Counted from the stretch's first letter, positions 24,649 through 37,009 are shown. The stretch is 64,000 nt of DNA from Fistulifera solaris (GCA_030295235.1 AP026142.1:744001-808000), one strand, 5' to 3'. Notes: a model not told the origin generated them from the sequence alone. Translations and numbers: made by a program.

Positions 24649-25677
24649 ATGAATTGTGACGCACATAATGAATGGGTCGTTGAGCAATTGAGAATTGCTG
24701 CACAAGTGAAAATATTTACAGATGAACACACTCCTCGATCTCGTTTCTCGCGCATACTGCTTCCTGAGAGTGCTGTAACTGACGCTATGAAACAACATGC
24801 ATATGTCGGCGGTGTCGATGTGAGTTACTCGCTCATTACGAATGTAGCCATTGCCGTGTATGTCATTCTAGAGGTGCCCTCCTTCGAAGCTGTCTTTGTA
24901 GAATACGAAGCGTTCGAGGTAGAGCAAACGTACATTCCTTCTTTCTTGGCATTTCGTGAAATCGGGCCCTTACAACGACTGATTGAAAAACAGACAACGC
25001 ATTATCCGCAATGGACACCAATCGTCATTCTTGTGGATGGAAATGGCATCTTCCATTCTAGAGGAGCCGGATTAGCGTGCGCGTTGGGTGTTACGACGGG
25101 TTTACCTACCATTGGCATAGGGAAAACACTTTATCAAATCGATAATCTTACCAAAGATGTCGTGTGGCGAGGTATCGACAAGAGTTTGATGGATGCTACG
25201 CGATATTTATCTTCACTGGAAGAGGAAGAAGCAGAAGAGGACGATCAACACCAGAATGTGGATGAAAGTGATTATTGGATTCGTGATAATGAATGGATCT
25301 CGGGCGAACCGAAACAGCAGGAAGTAGGATTCGAAAGATTTTCATCGCAAGAGCGTCGACAAATGGTAGAAAAACTCGTTTCCTCGTCGATGACTTGCAG
25401 CGAATCAAACAAGCGTACATCACAATTGCACGGTCTAGCAATTCCCTTGTATGTGCCGTCTCATGGCATTTTGGCGTGTGCTGTGTTGGCACATGGTCAA
25501 CGACGACAGCCGACACAAACACCCATCTTTGTGTCTGTTGGCCATTTAATATCGTTAGAGCAAGCTACACAGTGGGTAATTGCAATGTCGGTCTTTTCAC
25601 GCATTCCGGAACCAGTACGGCAAGCGGATCTAAGGGGACGTGCATTGTTGCGTGCTAAAGAGGTGTTAAAAGGTTAA
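24649..25677 (+). CDS. ENDOV: Endonuclease V (inosine-specific nuclease)
   Basis: VGGVDVSY, YIPSFLAFRE, ILVDGNGIFHSRGAGLAC, PTIGIGK, PIFVSVGH and RIPEPVRQAD, carrying the catalytic D-E-D residues. Confidence 0.93.
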   Translation: MNCDAHNEWVVEQLRIAAQVKIFTDEHTPRSRFSRILLPESAVTDAMKQHAYVGGVDVSYSLITNVAIAVYVILEVPSFEAVFVEYEAFEVEQTYIPSFLAFREIGPLQRLIEKQTTHYPQWTPIVILVDGNGIFHSRGAGLACALGVTTGLPTIGIGKTLYQIDNLTKDVVWRGIDKSLMDATRYLSSLEEEEAEEDDQHQNVDESDYWIRDNEWISGEPKQQEVGFERFSSQERRQMVEKLVSSSMTCSESNKRTSQLHGLAIPLYVPSHGILACAVLAHGQRRQPTQTPIFVSVGHLISLEQATQWVIAMSVFSRIPEPVRQADLRGRALLRAKEVLKG

Positions 25678-25889
25678 CGTTTGGGTTTGTTGTTGATTGA
25701 TGCGTTAACAAATTCAATGGTGACGCTTTGAATCGATAATGGTTGCTTGTCAACGCATCAAGTACAAGTGTAAAATATTCTTTAAAATAAAGCGATTATT
25801 TTGACGATCCGTAAACGATAGCGAAGTTGATTGATTGAGGTTACAATTTTCTGATTTGATGAACAAGACAAAGCCCCCATCTTCCGTTC

Positions 25890-26300
25890 TCAGCTCGCTT
25901 GCAGCAGTGATTCTTGAACATAATCCGCCAAGGCTTCTAATTTTGCTTTTACCAAGCCCGGCGGAGTGCTTGCTTCACCCACCACAATCACTAAGGAATC
26001 CATTTCCCAACAGCCCGCAATCCCGACTAATCCTAATTCCAATTCGATCAGTAAACACTTCATGTGGCTTTTCGACCGCGGATTAGCATCAACGGCCGCA
26101 AAGTCTTCTCCCAGTCGTTGATAATCGACACCAATGTCAGCCAATAAAGCCGCAATGGCTTCTGGATCTTCCGTGCGCGTTGAGTTGCTGCAATTGGACG
26201 CACCCAACAGGGCGCCGTCGCGAGTAACGAGAAAAGCCGAATGAATTGTGTCATCGCAAATGCGATTCAATAGAGGAGGAATATTACACGAGCGAATCAT
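25890..26300 (-). CDS. LAMTOR2: Roadblock-domain Ragulator subunit LAMTOR2-like
   Basis: MIRSCNIPPLLNRI..IHSAFLVTRDGALLGAS, IAALLADIGVDY, CLLIELELGLVGIA and PPGLVKAKLEALADYVQESL. Confidence 0.75.
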   Translation of the reverse strand: MIRSCNIPPLLNRICDDTIHSAFLVTRDGALLGASNCSNSTRTEDPEAIAALLADIGVDYQRLGEDFAAVDANPRSKSHMKCLLIELELGLVGIAGCWEMDSLVIVVGEASTPPGLVKAKLEALADYVQESLLQAS

Positions 26301-26577
26301 TGTAATGTACTTTTGTAGTGTTGATAATAATTCTTTCTTGAAAGAAGGAATTTCAATGATTTGCTTATTTGCATAATATAATGAAAAAGCGCACAAATTC
26401 ATGACTAAAAATCCAGTCGTAGAACGATTCCTTCAAGCAGGTAGAAGTAAAAATTTGCGTCATGAGGGAGAGGCTATCTTTGCAAATGTTTATAATCGAG
26501 ATTTTACACTGCCGATTCAGTGCATAGCATTATTGCTACGAAATGGCTCCTTAAGCGTCCATAGCCTTCTGGATCTT

Positions 26578-27504
26578 TCACGGAAAAATCCATATCCAGT
26601 CTTCTTCGTCGCTTTCCTTGACGCGGGTACCATCCGGATAAAGCTTATATCCATCCGATGTCATTTCGACTTCTTCCAAAGCGCTCCACAAATCCAATCG
26701 TAACATCAAGTCATCATCTTCAGTGACATTTCCTTCGATAGAAACATGATCCAAACATTCTGTGTCGTTGATGATGCGTCCTCCTTCTGTTTGTGCTATC
26801 ATGCGTTCCCATGCTAACTCTTTGCGCAGCTCTTGTCGTGCTACGTAGGCTGTACTAATCACTGCACCAATGCAAAAACCCAAACCAGCCACGATTAGTA
26901 GAATACGCACAGAATATACCGCCGCATCGGGATCCTCGGCAGCATAGACCATTTGTTCGGCCGTCGTACCAGCCACGACGGTCAAAAGTGTCATGGGGAT
27001 GATCCCCACCAGCGAATACAGAAATTGTTCAACTGTGATTTCGGTACTCCCTGCGATATGATTGAGTGCATTGAAGGGCACAATGGGGCACAATCGCAAG
27101 AGAAGGAAGACACGAAAACCGTGCCTGGACATGGTCCGATGAATGGCTCGAATGATGCGATAGCGTTTCGCAAATAGCGTCACCAAATCACGCATCATAT
27201 ACCTTGAACGGAACAAGGCCAAGATAGCACCGACAGTACATCCAAACAAGGAAGCAAAGAACACCAAGGCAACGCCCCAAGCCCCCGCCGCTGTACTATA
27301 AATGTAGCCTCCCATAAAGAGAATCGGTAAAGGCGGAATCATGACGAGTGCCGCCACGATAAGCACGGCAATGTACAACCATGTTCCGCGAATCAAATGC
27401 GTCGCCAAGTAGTTGCCGTAGGCTTGTATCGCTTGCACAATCGTCCCGAGAAAGAGTAAATCCAGAATCACATAGAGACTGCAAGCCATCATGAGAATTG
27501 TCAA
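26578..27504 (-). CDS. DedA/VTT (TVP38/TMEM64-like) membrane protein
   Basis: LVMIPPLPILFMGGYIY, GCTVGAILALFRSRY, GFRVFLLLRLCPIVPFNALNHIAG and FLYSLVGIIP. A short upstream exon from ATG ~27671 is likely. Confidence 0.85.
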   Translation of the reverse strand: MTILMMACSLYVILDLLFLGTIVQAIQAYGNYLATHLIRGTWLYIAVLIVAALVMIPPLPILFMGGYIYSTAAGAWGVALVFFASLFGCTVGAILALFRSRYMMRDLVTLFAKRYRIIRAIHRTMSRHGFRVFLLLRLCPIVPFNALNHIAGSTEITVEQFLYSLVGIIPMTLLTVVAGTTAEQMVYAAEDPDAAVYSVRILLIVAGLGFCIGAVISTAYVARQELRKELAWERMIAQTEGGRIINDTECLDHVSIEGNVTEDDDLMLRLDLWSALEEVEMTSDGYKLYPDGTRVKESDEEDWIWIFP

Positions 27505-28684
27505 GACTTTTTTCTTCCAACTACGGTGTCGAAAAAGTCCATTAATTCGTAAACCAAATCTCTTATTTCCGTTTGTATTTGAAAGAGCTTACTGCTATTA
27601 TTCTCTTCTTTGAAAGAAGCCATGGTTCGATAGGAGGTCAATGTCTCTCCTTGACAAATTGTTTCCGACATGAAAGATTATATTATGCAATAGAATTTAT
27701 GATTTGAGAGGGCGATTTTTGTGAAAGCCGTTTCTCTGTTTTCTAACAGAAACGTTAACATTAACATCGAAGAAAGGAAATACAATATCTTTGATTACTA
27801 TTTGTCTCAACGATGATGAAGTATACGGAGTATTACTTGCCACAATGGACGCAAACGCAATGCGTTGCGTTTTGCGTGGAATGAATAGAAAAAAAGCATC
27901 AACGTCATCAGTGACGGTCCGATGTCGTAGTATTGGGTTTTTTCTTTTTTCTTTTTCAGATACCGGTACCGGTACAGTACCGCTACTTGGAAGCTAAAAC
28001 AAATACTCCGGAGTCCGGAGTACTGGAGTACTGCGTAACGCCTAACCGTAACCTAAGCTAAAAAAAGATAACGGTTAAGGTAACCTTGCTTGTAACGGAG
28101 AATAATCATCATCTGCGTCGAGTGGTCGCTGGCCGCTCTCTCCTTTCTCCTTTCAGAACGTTCTAAATTCTTTTTTTTACTTACTACTGGATGGCCTCCT
28201 TTTCTTCATTAAGTCCAAGTTACCCAACGCATAATCTTAGTAGTGTTCTTCAGTTTGGGCTCCAGCACAAGTTAATGCAGTCTCTCAATATTATTCATAG
28301 TAAACAATGCAACATGCAACATGCAACCCTCTCGAGGTCGCCGTCCGTCATCATCCGCCACTCACTGTGAAGGAACAAGGAACAAGGAACACAAGATCCC
28401 CGAAGGATTTTCTATTTCCTACCATAATTATAGTAGTAAAAGGATGTTTCTGGAATCTTGAACCCGTCGTTGGAAGGTGATGATGCCGAAGTTTCGCCGC
28501 GCGCAGCCGAAAACGGACGAGAACGCGTTCATTTCAAGTCCGGCGAAATATACAGCGCGAGGGCAAAGTGCAAATAATTCAGCAGCCTTGTGCACCACGT
28601 TCAACAAATCGATCAATGCACAGTGCTACAACTTTTTAAAGCTATTATAATTACTATTATTACTGCACGCAACTTAAAGCAAAC

Positions 28685-29658
28685 ATGGATCAAACTGAAT
28701 CAAATGAGTTGTTGGAATTCCTTACGGAAGGTAACGCCTCAGTGGAAGACTTTGACACGAATTTCTTGCTGAGAGAGCCCATTGCGGATGAAAGGGATAT
28801 GACGACACGGTCACAAGACACATTTGATAGTTTCGGAGACTTTGCGGAAGATATTGATATTGATTTGAGTGAAGAGGACCTCTCTTTGCATCATCAATCA
28901 ATGTCGGGGAGCCTTGAAGCCGTAACGGCAGCCGATTTGTCTCCTGCGCCCGCTATGTCTCCTACAGTGCAGAAACCTTCTGCTTCTGCTGCTCCTCCTT
29001 TGCTGCTTCTCCTAATTCATTACCTGTAGCCAATTCCTTTCTTTCTGTTCCTGTTTCATCGGGAAATCACTTGCGACAAATACCTACGCGAGCTGCTTCT
29101 TATTCGGAAGGCGATCAGCAAAGGCTTTTGCTGCAAATTCAGCAAATGAGCTTGATGCAAATGCAGCAACAACAGTTGATGTTACCTACCAACAATCTTA
29201 CAGCGTTGCAGAATGCGTCTTTTCACGAAAGTTCTACAAGTAACACTACTGCTACTACCATTACTTCAAGAGAACAGTCTCTCTTCTCGCAACAATCATT
29301 GCCGCTGACACAAGGAATACCAAGCGCGCAGACGCCAGCAAATCTCAATGATGCCATGGAAAAATTGTGCGAGACGATGAAACGGTCGGCCGTGACACGC
29401 AATCTCGTCAAACAGTTGGGTGTCACGCGCAGCAACTCGGGGGTCGGGCTCATGCGGACCAATTCGGGGGCGCCCCTCAAACGCTCTTCGTCAGCGAAGG
29501 GTATTATTGGAGAAATGGCGCGCATGGCACCTATACGAAAGCCTTCGAGTAGTAAACACTCCATTAAACGAGGAGTACTGCCGCAATCGTCGCAGCACAG
29601 CCTGGATGGCTCGAATCATGTTTTACAAGTAGATGGTCGAACTATTGCACATTTTTAG
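28685..29658 (+). CDS. Low-complexity Ser/Gln-rich hypothetical protein (two frames joined by a frameshift or small intron near 29000-29070)
   Basis: Acidic N-terminus, poly-Q, LNDAMEKLCETMKRSAVTRNLVKQ helix and repeated R[ST]NSG motifs. Confidence 0.55.
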
Positions 29659-29727
29659 CAATTATTCTAATGGAAAGCATTGCTTCGAAGATTTAAGATT
29701 ACGACTTAACACGCAAGAACGGCAGTT

Positions 29728-32630
29728 TCATACAACTCGTTTTTCAATTCCGTCTACTTTGCGTAAAACGGTGAGAGTTCGCTCTTGATCCGAACGAGCC
29801 GTGATAAGAGATGTTACTTCACTGACCGTCATCAACGTAATGTCTTCTCCATCCAGCGCGACTGCAAGCATTTGAAAAGCAGGAAAGGTGGGTGTTAGAG
29901 TGTTGATGAAACATGTTTTGAGTAGAAAATATAGAGAAAACTTACCCAGCTTATCACCCGATGAAAGCAAGCCCCTCAAACAGCTTGTGGGACGTACTTT
30001 GGATACAAAAGTTCCAGGACCACTGGATCGATTAGTAAGAACAATTCCCAATTTACCAGGAGGGATTGCGACAACCACACGATAACGCTTGCCGAGTCGA
30101 CTCGAATGTGTGGAGACGCTGGCGAAAGAAACACTAGTTGTATCCGTGCCATCACAACCACTATATGTGGCCTGCAAATCGTCATCATATCGTTTTAAAT
30201 CCTCGTCCAACCAGCGTGGAACAATCCCGTGATCGGCCGACAGCGAACGCAGGTTCGACCTGTTATCTGGACACTTTTCAAAACTATGGCTACAGGTGGA
30301 CTGCAGTGACATCAAACCTGATGCATGGGATGCATCTGTAAAGTCTTCGAATATCAACGGACCAGTAGATTCGATTTCGTCCAACAGTCCATTGTTAGAA
30401 TTTTCTGTGCCCCTTTCTCGTTTATTTATTAACGGCTGTTTAGTCTCGATGACCATATCGTCCTTAAAATTTGTAACAAGAAGATCTGAGACAGTGCTCT
30501 GCAGAATTTTTTCGGATAGATGGACACGTGGTGAATCGGATGATACTGTTGGAAATGTTTCCACTTCTGATGCGAGCTGCATTTTAAAAATGTTCGCTGG
30601 ATCAGGTGGTTCCGCTGTAGTCTCTGCTTCTTCATACATCTGACGGGCTTCCCAAAGGACACTCCATAGCGGTCCGCAATAAGCAGCTTGCCGAGGAGCA
30701 GTGACAATAGGTTCATCAGAATCAGAACTTTTCAACGTAAAACGACTCTTGAGATTGTCCGACAGATTCGGAGAAGGCAATGGCTCAAGGCCTTCTTTCA
30801 AATCAAAACTGTTCGACTGAGGCAAGTTTGGAAACTCTCTCATCATGATTGTTTTGATATCACTATAGCTAGAATCCTCCATCGTCACATTCGAAATATT
30901 CAGTCGAGGATCAACGCTGTCTTCATTTGCGTTGACGTCATGGTGCTCGTCAGAGCCGATGGGTGTAGACTTAAGAGGAGCACTCTGTGGGACTTCTTGA
31001 GTGGTTGCAGGTTCACAAGGCACGCTATCGCCGTCTCTGTCTACAATCAATGACGCTGTTTTTTGCGTGTCGTCGCCAACCGAGGCCTTCGGATCTTTTT
31101 CAGTAACGGCAGGCGTCTGAGCCCTAGCAGGTACTGTCGTCGACGAGTCTTGTGCTGCACACAAATCACCATAAGAAACAACATCAGCGTCAATATCGTT
31201 TAAAATTGAGGCGCACTCGTGGGCTCTGTAGGATCGCAGTAGCTCCGATGCCAGAGTAAAAGTTGAGTTTCGCTGGTTTGACTTTACTATTTGAGGTCTC
31301 GAGTTGTAAACACCGACAAATAGGTCTTCCTCTTCGTCGTCACTATCTTCCACCTTCGCCTTTCGCGGAATCATATCCAGTGCACTTTGATACAATCCGG
31401 GATAAATCTTATTCGATCTGTTTTCTTTACTCGCTCGAGACGAGACCATCAAAGAGTTGTCGTAGGAATCACATGGGACTCTAACCTCAGGCTCCCATTC
31501 GTTCTCGACCATTCTTTCCTCCACAATTTTCGTAATGCGAATCGCAGTATTCGTTCCATTCTGACCAGAAGTGCCATCGTGAACATGTATTCGATTTTGA
31601 TTTGTGTTGACGGTAGCTGTAGCAGGTGGACCGTTCCGGATGCAGAATATGTAGACACCAAGAATCATCAGGCCCGTAATCAGTGCTGTCAAACCGACAA
31701 TGATACCAGTAATGTGCGGTTTTTTCTCTTTCTTGTCGCGTTTTTCAATCGTTTCGGTCGATTCAAACGTTGGAAAGTCGACTGAGGTCGGAATATCAAA
31801 CGAGGGAATATTCGAGGAAATGTGCGGTTTTGTCGAAGGGGTTCTCTCCTGCAACAACGGTGCGAAAGACGGTTGCGACGAAGGCCTGGTAGAGGGAGAA
31901 GGCGAAGACTTCGTTTCTTCCCAAACAATTGACGGTTTCTCATTTTGCAACTCTACTTTCACAACGTTATTGAACGCAGGATTCTGCACCAATAAACTGC
32001 GGAAGCGTGCTCGTCCACCAGTGGTTCGCATAAAACCATGCTGTACCAAGTCTGACACTTCCTCTTGAGAAATCTTCCACGCACTTGTGACGTAAACAAC
32101 TTGCTCTACGGTAACTTGTAAGATGACAGACCCAGGCACTACCACGGATTTTTTCTCATCTTCGTTCGGGAGCTTCCGCCGTACTCGAGTTACCGAACAT
32201 TCTGTATCTAAGCTGAATGTAGAGCTTATTTTGGTATCGACAGTCACCCCCAATGGAAGAGATACCACATTTACTTGATGACTTGTAGCCTGAAAACAAA
32301 AGAAAGACGAGCGTTAGAGTTTTCTTGAGTGCTTAACGAAACTCTCTTTTCAAAGCTTGATGTACGTACTTGTTTATTGACGCTTTTGCAGAAATGCTGT
32401 ACGGGTTCCAAAGATGACGAACTATTAGCGAGTCCTCGAGTAGCCTCCACAAACTGTTCTTCAAGAGTAGAGTCGGCGTAGAAGACAGCCACGACAAGCT
32501 CCACCGTGAAAGGGGCAAGACTCTCGAGTTGACGATCAACTCTACTTCGCAATCGGTGAGCTTCCAGAGGATTCAAGACACTTAAAAAGAAGCAGAGTAA
32601 GCATTGAAAAAGCTTGTGTGGTTCATTCAT
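29728..32630 (-). CDS. Single-pass membrane protein with a C-terminal cytoplasmic PDZ domain
   Basis: Signal-like N-terminus from ATG 32630, intron ~32368-32290, TM ITGIIVGLTALITGLMILGVYIFCI and a long acidic region. PDZ VVAIPPGKLGIVL...VSKVRPTSCLRGLLSSGDKL (small intron) VALDGEDIT...RTLTVLR. Confidence 0.75.
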
Positions 32631-33477
32631 CTGGTCGGGCGTCTTTGTTTGATTAAGGGAAATGTTTGAATGCCAACCTGCAAGAGAAAATGATTTCGTG
32701 CAATAGACTTTTCGAGGGTAAACGACATGTTTTTGTTCGCTGAAGTTCCACGCTGAGCATTCTTCCACGCTGGCGCCGCTACTTATACTTATGCACCTCT
32801 TTCTCTTCGCCGTAGCTTTCTTCTCTAGCGTCTTCGTTTCGCAATTCGTCGCCTTCTAGCCATAACTCCGATATGATCGTTGCACGACAATAACGGGAGC
32901 TTTAACAATAAACCTTGGTTTCATTCTATAAACGTACGCCAATTAGTTGTTAGCTATAACGATAGACAAATCTATAACACTCAGGTTTTTTTTTATACGG
33001 CGTTATTTTGTGCTTAATTAATAGTGCGGCTGCGTTTGATGAGTTTACACTGCGGTGCTGACAGCTGCTCTGTACCTGGTACGAGTACCAGTACCTGGTA
33101 TCGTTACCAGGTAACATAACGTCGTAACATGTTAGTTCCATGTTCTAACGACTCACAAAATTTCAGTCCCGGATAGCTTTTCCACAAAAAGAATCGCTCG
33201 ACTCTAGTCCTTATACTTATACGTTTTACGGACCTATTTTTGATTCAAGAATTCAATGAATCTTTTCAATCTTATTTTCCTTGTATTGATGACATGCATG
33301 TAGATCATAACTGGAACTTTGACTTCCTGGAAATGGGGCCTTACTGCCGCATAGCCAAAACAAGATGATGATAAGAATTCCATGACAATTCTAATTGATG
33401 ATTTCAATTTAAAGTATGTTCAGTGTTTCAAAAGCGTTGAAACAAATCCTAAAGAAGTCCTTCATGAGAAAGCAAAA

Positions 33478-33984
33478 TCATAACTCAAGAAGGAAGATTC
33501 CTTCCTCGGGTAAAGCCTCGTGTTCCTCTGCATCGCCAAAGATTCGGGAACTTTGGGCCAAGTCACGAGATGTGTTCTGACCACACAGGTTAACATCATC
33601 ATCCGTAAGGCATGGTAGAGCAGGTCGACCGGTTATTCGAATGCGCTTGTACATCAACAAAGTGTCTCGATCATACGCTTTACGCAACTCGTCTTGAGAA
33701 GTGGCGGCAAAGCTGTCGCGGAAACGCGTTCCACGCTGTCGATGAGAGTCAAAGGTGTAGTCTAGTTTCTCTAAATCTTTGGGGTAAACATCATCGTTGC
33801 GCATAGACGATGCAGCCATTGTGTGAGCAAAATCGCGTCGTTGCTGCGTGAAGTGAGCACAGTCTCTCTCATCATCGCTTCGATGCGTCTGTTGCAGGAG
33901 CACGGATAGTCCTGACCGCTGTCGACAACAGAACTGTCTTTTGCTTGTTTCATTGCCGCAGGTATCGGAAGAGGAGGGAAACAT
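33478..33984 (-). CDS. Hypothetical protein
   Basis: Open frame of ~168 aa with a YDRDTLLMYKRI motif and an acidic C-terminus EEGIFLLEL, a pattern I associate with diatom-specific small proteins. Confidence 0.55.
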   Translation of the reverse strand: MFPSSSDTCGNETSKRQFCCRQRSGLSVLLQQTHRSDDERDCAHFTQQRRDFAHTMAASSMRNDDVYPKDLEKLDYTFDSHRQRGTRFRDSFAATSQDELRKAYDRDTLLMYKRIRITGRPALPCLTDDDVNLCGQNTSRDLAQSSRIFGDAEEHEALPEEGIFLLEL

Positions 33985-34658
33985 GACAAAATGCAAAATG
34001 TATTGGTGAAATATAACAAAAGGTGAACGAAAATGTTTGATTTAATCTGCTAGATGCGTTTACGACTGCATAGGCGTTTCGGATGTGGAAAGGAGAAATA
34101 TGTTGAGAGCGATTACTTGGCTGCTCGAATCGGACCGAATGAAGATGCATTTGTAACGAATCTTGCACAGGTCGAATCAACGTAAACGGGTGGTTGCCAT
34201 TTTGAGTGTTGTGGTTGTGATAGCGGGTCATCGGCTTGGTCATTATTTGCTCAGTCATCATTCAAAACATGCTTGTGTACATTGAGATCTATAGACAAAG
34301 ACTCCTGCGCGCTGAATTTATTCACAGTTGTCAGACCTCATTGAATTAAGATTCTTAGTTCTTAGAGACACTGCTTAGAATTTAGTCATCAGGTTGAGTT
34401 AGAGTTTAGAGTTCCCTATACCCTATACCTGGTACCGTACCAGGTATCAGGTATAGGTTCGATAAAGCAGGCAATCGACAGAACCCGGATAGCGTGCTCG
34501 CAAAAACTATGGGCAAACGGCGCTTTTAGACTGACTTCTAAATATTGACGGCATTTGAGCAGCATCATGCTAAAAGCAAGCATCATACCGTAGATTATTT
34601 GTGGGTCGTGCTGTTAAATCTCGAGAAGATTTTGGGAACACCGGCATCCATTGGGCCT

Positions 34659-36677
34659 CTATGAAGTCTGGGAACGATTGCTCGATCGATTACTTTCCTG
34701 TTGGTGTGGATGCCCTTCTGTACTTTCAGTCGACCATTGATATCGCTTGAGTGCTAGACCCTCGGAATCATCCATTGGCGTTCTTCTTCGAAAGCTACCG
34801 TGATTAGATGATGTTCCAATCGATACCTTGTTTGACAGCGTCTCTCGTGAGACTTCGTCGTCGTCACTCAGTTCGGATCCGTCTTTCATAGAATCATCTT
34901 GCGCAATCAACGACCCAAATCGAAATCTCACTTCCATTTTAGCTTGTATAGTTTCTTGTAAATGATTTGCGGCGCTTTCTTTCAATCTCGCTTTTTCATG
35001 TTGGGCGGCGCTTATTTTGGGTACGAAGATGAGCAAGATGATCGATAAACAGCACACGGACACAGCCATGCAAGAAACGACATAATGAACGAGAGGCAAC
35101 TCCGTTGTCAAGAACAACATTGGCACTGCCGTCAGAACCGCCTGCAGTAAACAAACCATGCTGAGGGCAATGTACTTAGACTCTGAAAACTCGGATTGAA
35201 TGTGCCGCGCCTCGTAGGCTTGCCAGTTCGCAATGATTACAGCACTCAGATTGATGGCAACCAAAATAAACCCAAAGGCTTTTGATTGAACTTCACACAC
35301 TCCATACGTGGATATGACGCGATTCCATTCATCGGTACCTGGGTGCGCTTTCCGCACGTACTGAACTGGATCCCAAATCGTCCAACAAGTCAGACAGAAG
35401 ATGTTTGCGCCAAGTAAGCCGAAGAGCGGTAGATAGAGATCTCTGGGAAGAATCTTCAATCGTGCATTCGGAAAAGGATTTCGAAAGATTTGGTTTATTC
35501 GCCATGTTTTCGAGAACAAGGCCGAGAACATGAGGGTAAAACCGATGGAAGCCAGCCACGGAACGCTTTGACATGCCCTGTCGGCCCGAGTCCCGTCAAA
35601 GTTCGGATCTGAATCATCCAGTGAAAGTGGAATGAGCGCACTGCCACAAACCAGCGCTCCGAGACAAATGAGTAGCAAAAACTGAGGCTGGGACGCAACC
35701 ACCACACGGACACCCGACATGTGACATGTCCATGCTGCGAATGAGACCGCAAGCACGGCAATCACGGTAAATAAAGAAATCCCGAGAAACCGCAAATTCC
35801 CTAAATAATTGCAATTGAGATTCGGCGGAGGCAATTCGATAGGTACTCGCACCATTTCCATAAATGCTGTGCCGTAAATGGAGTCTTCCGAAGGGGTAGG
35901 GGTCTTATACAGCAAGTTGACTGCTTGAACCCCCATTTGGTAGGGATCTTGCCCCACCAGACCATTAACATGCCCAGACGTCAGTAAATCAATTTGTACC
36001 GGTAATGTATCCGCAATCACGTACGTAATGTTCTTTCCGATTGTAGAAACAACGTATTCCCAACGGGTTGTATTGGGACGATACATGGGCCACCCGCCTG
36101 CTGCAATGATGGCACCTAAACCTGGCATTCTCGAAAATTGTTCAACTTGATCCAATGCTTTTTCGACGCTGTCTTGTGTATCACTCGGAGAGCTCTCAAT
36201 TTCTACCCATTCACTATCTTTCAAAAAGTTTCGCACTCCATCGTTCCGCTCCAGTATATTGGGTGAAATCGCACTGACGATTGCGTACTTTCCGCCTTTC
36301 GGTTTTAATTGAAGCAGTATTTTCCCTAACGTTTCCCCAAAAGCAAAATTATTGGTGCCTACGTATTGTAGACGACCCGAGAAAGGAGCATCGCTATCAA
36401 ATGTAATGACAGGAATGTTTTTGGCTAACGCTTCTTGTACAGCAATTTGCGTAATATTGTCGTCTAATGAACTGATAGCGATTCCGTCGACATTGTCATT
36501 GATTTTTTGTCGGATAATTTCAAGTTGATCGAGTGCGATTGGATGAATAGGTCCTTCAAAGTCGCAAATCACTCCGAGATCGTTAGCGCGAGCGGTGCAT
36601 CCTTCATGAACGATGGCGAAGAAGGGATTCGTAGTTTCTTGTTGCTTGGGTACTACGGCAAATCTCTTTGCCGACAT
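34659..36677 (-). CDS. Class C (GABA-B-like) GPCR with an N-terminal periplasmic sugar-binding (RbsB/LsrB-like) domain
   Basis: PBP domain FAVVPK..NPFF..VHEGC, VDGIAIS, IPVITFDSDAP, YVGTNNFAFG, GLVGQDPYQMG. 7TM_3 motifs VVVASQPQFLLLICLG, CQSVPWLASIGFTLMFSALFSKTWRINQIF, FSESKYI and LLIFVPK. The true start is probably further upstream (apparent frameshift at ~36678). Confidence 0.9.
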   Translation of the reverse strand: MSAKRFAVVPKQQETTNPFFAIVHEGCTARANDLGVICDFEGPIHPIALDQLEIIRQKINDNVDGIAISSLDDNITQIAVQEALAKNIPVITFDSDAPFSGRLQYVGTNNFAFGETLGKILLQLKPKGGKYAIVSAISPNILERNDGVRNFLKDSEWVEIESSPSDTQDSVEKALDQVEQFSRMPGLGAIIAAGGWPMYRPNTTRWEYVVSTIGKNITYVIADTLPVQIDLLTSGHVNGLVGQDPYQMGVQAVNLLYKTPTPSEDSIYGTAFMEMVRVPIELPPPNLNCNYLGNLRFLGISLFTVIAVLAVSFAAWTCHMSGVRVVVASQPQFLLLICLGALVCGSALIPLSLDDSDPNFDGTRADRACQSVPWLASIGFTLMFSALFSKTWRINQIFRNPFPNARLKILPRDLYLPLFGLLGANIFCLTCWTIWDPVQYVRKAHPGTDEWNRVISTYGVCEVQSKAFGFILVAINLSAVIIANWQAYEARHIQSEFSESKYIALSMVCLLQAVLTAVPMLFLTTELPLVHYVVSCMAVSVCCLSIILLIFVPKISAAQHEKARLKESAANHLQETIQAKMEVRFRFGSLIAQDDSMKDGSELSDDDEVSRETLSNKVSIGTSSNHGSFRRRTPMDDSEGLALKRYQWSTESTEGHPHQQESNRSSNRSQTS

Positions 36678-36927
36678 TTCTTATCCATCAAAAGTGAACT
36701 GTCGTTATTTTGCAAGCTGGAAGACTTCTTTCTTGCTTCAATAACACGAAAATGAAGAGCGAATGAGCCGCATCGACTGGCTGTTGCGAGTGTGGTGCTG
36801 GTGCTCTGCAACGTGTACCTCCTATCACACAGCGATTCTGTTCGTTGTCAGAAGAAAGGCTTTCTGGCTTCAAAGTTAATTTATTCGTCGTGGGTCGCGG
36901 GTCGCGTGTCGCGTGGCTCAGTTCTCC

Positions 36928-37009
36928 GGGAAGGACGTTAAAATTCTGCCTCCCAGTACAAGATTCTACGTAGCGTCTACGACGAGGCAGAATTTTAACG
37001 ACGTTCCCC
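36928..37009 (+). mobile_element. ~80-bp hairpin MITE, copy 1
   Basis: 17-bp inverted repeats CGTTAAAATTCTGCCTC (36936-36952) and GAGGCAGAATTTTAACG (36984-37000). Flanked by the direct repeat GTTCTCC(G) at 36921 and 37010. Confidence 0.75.
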
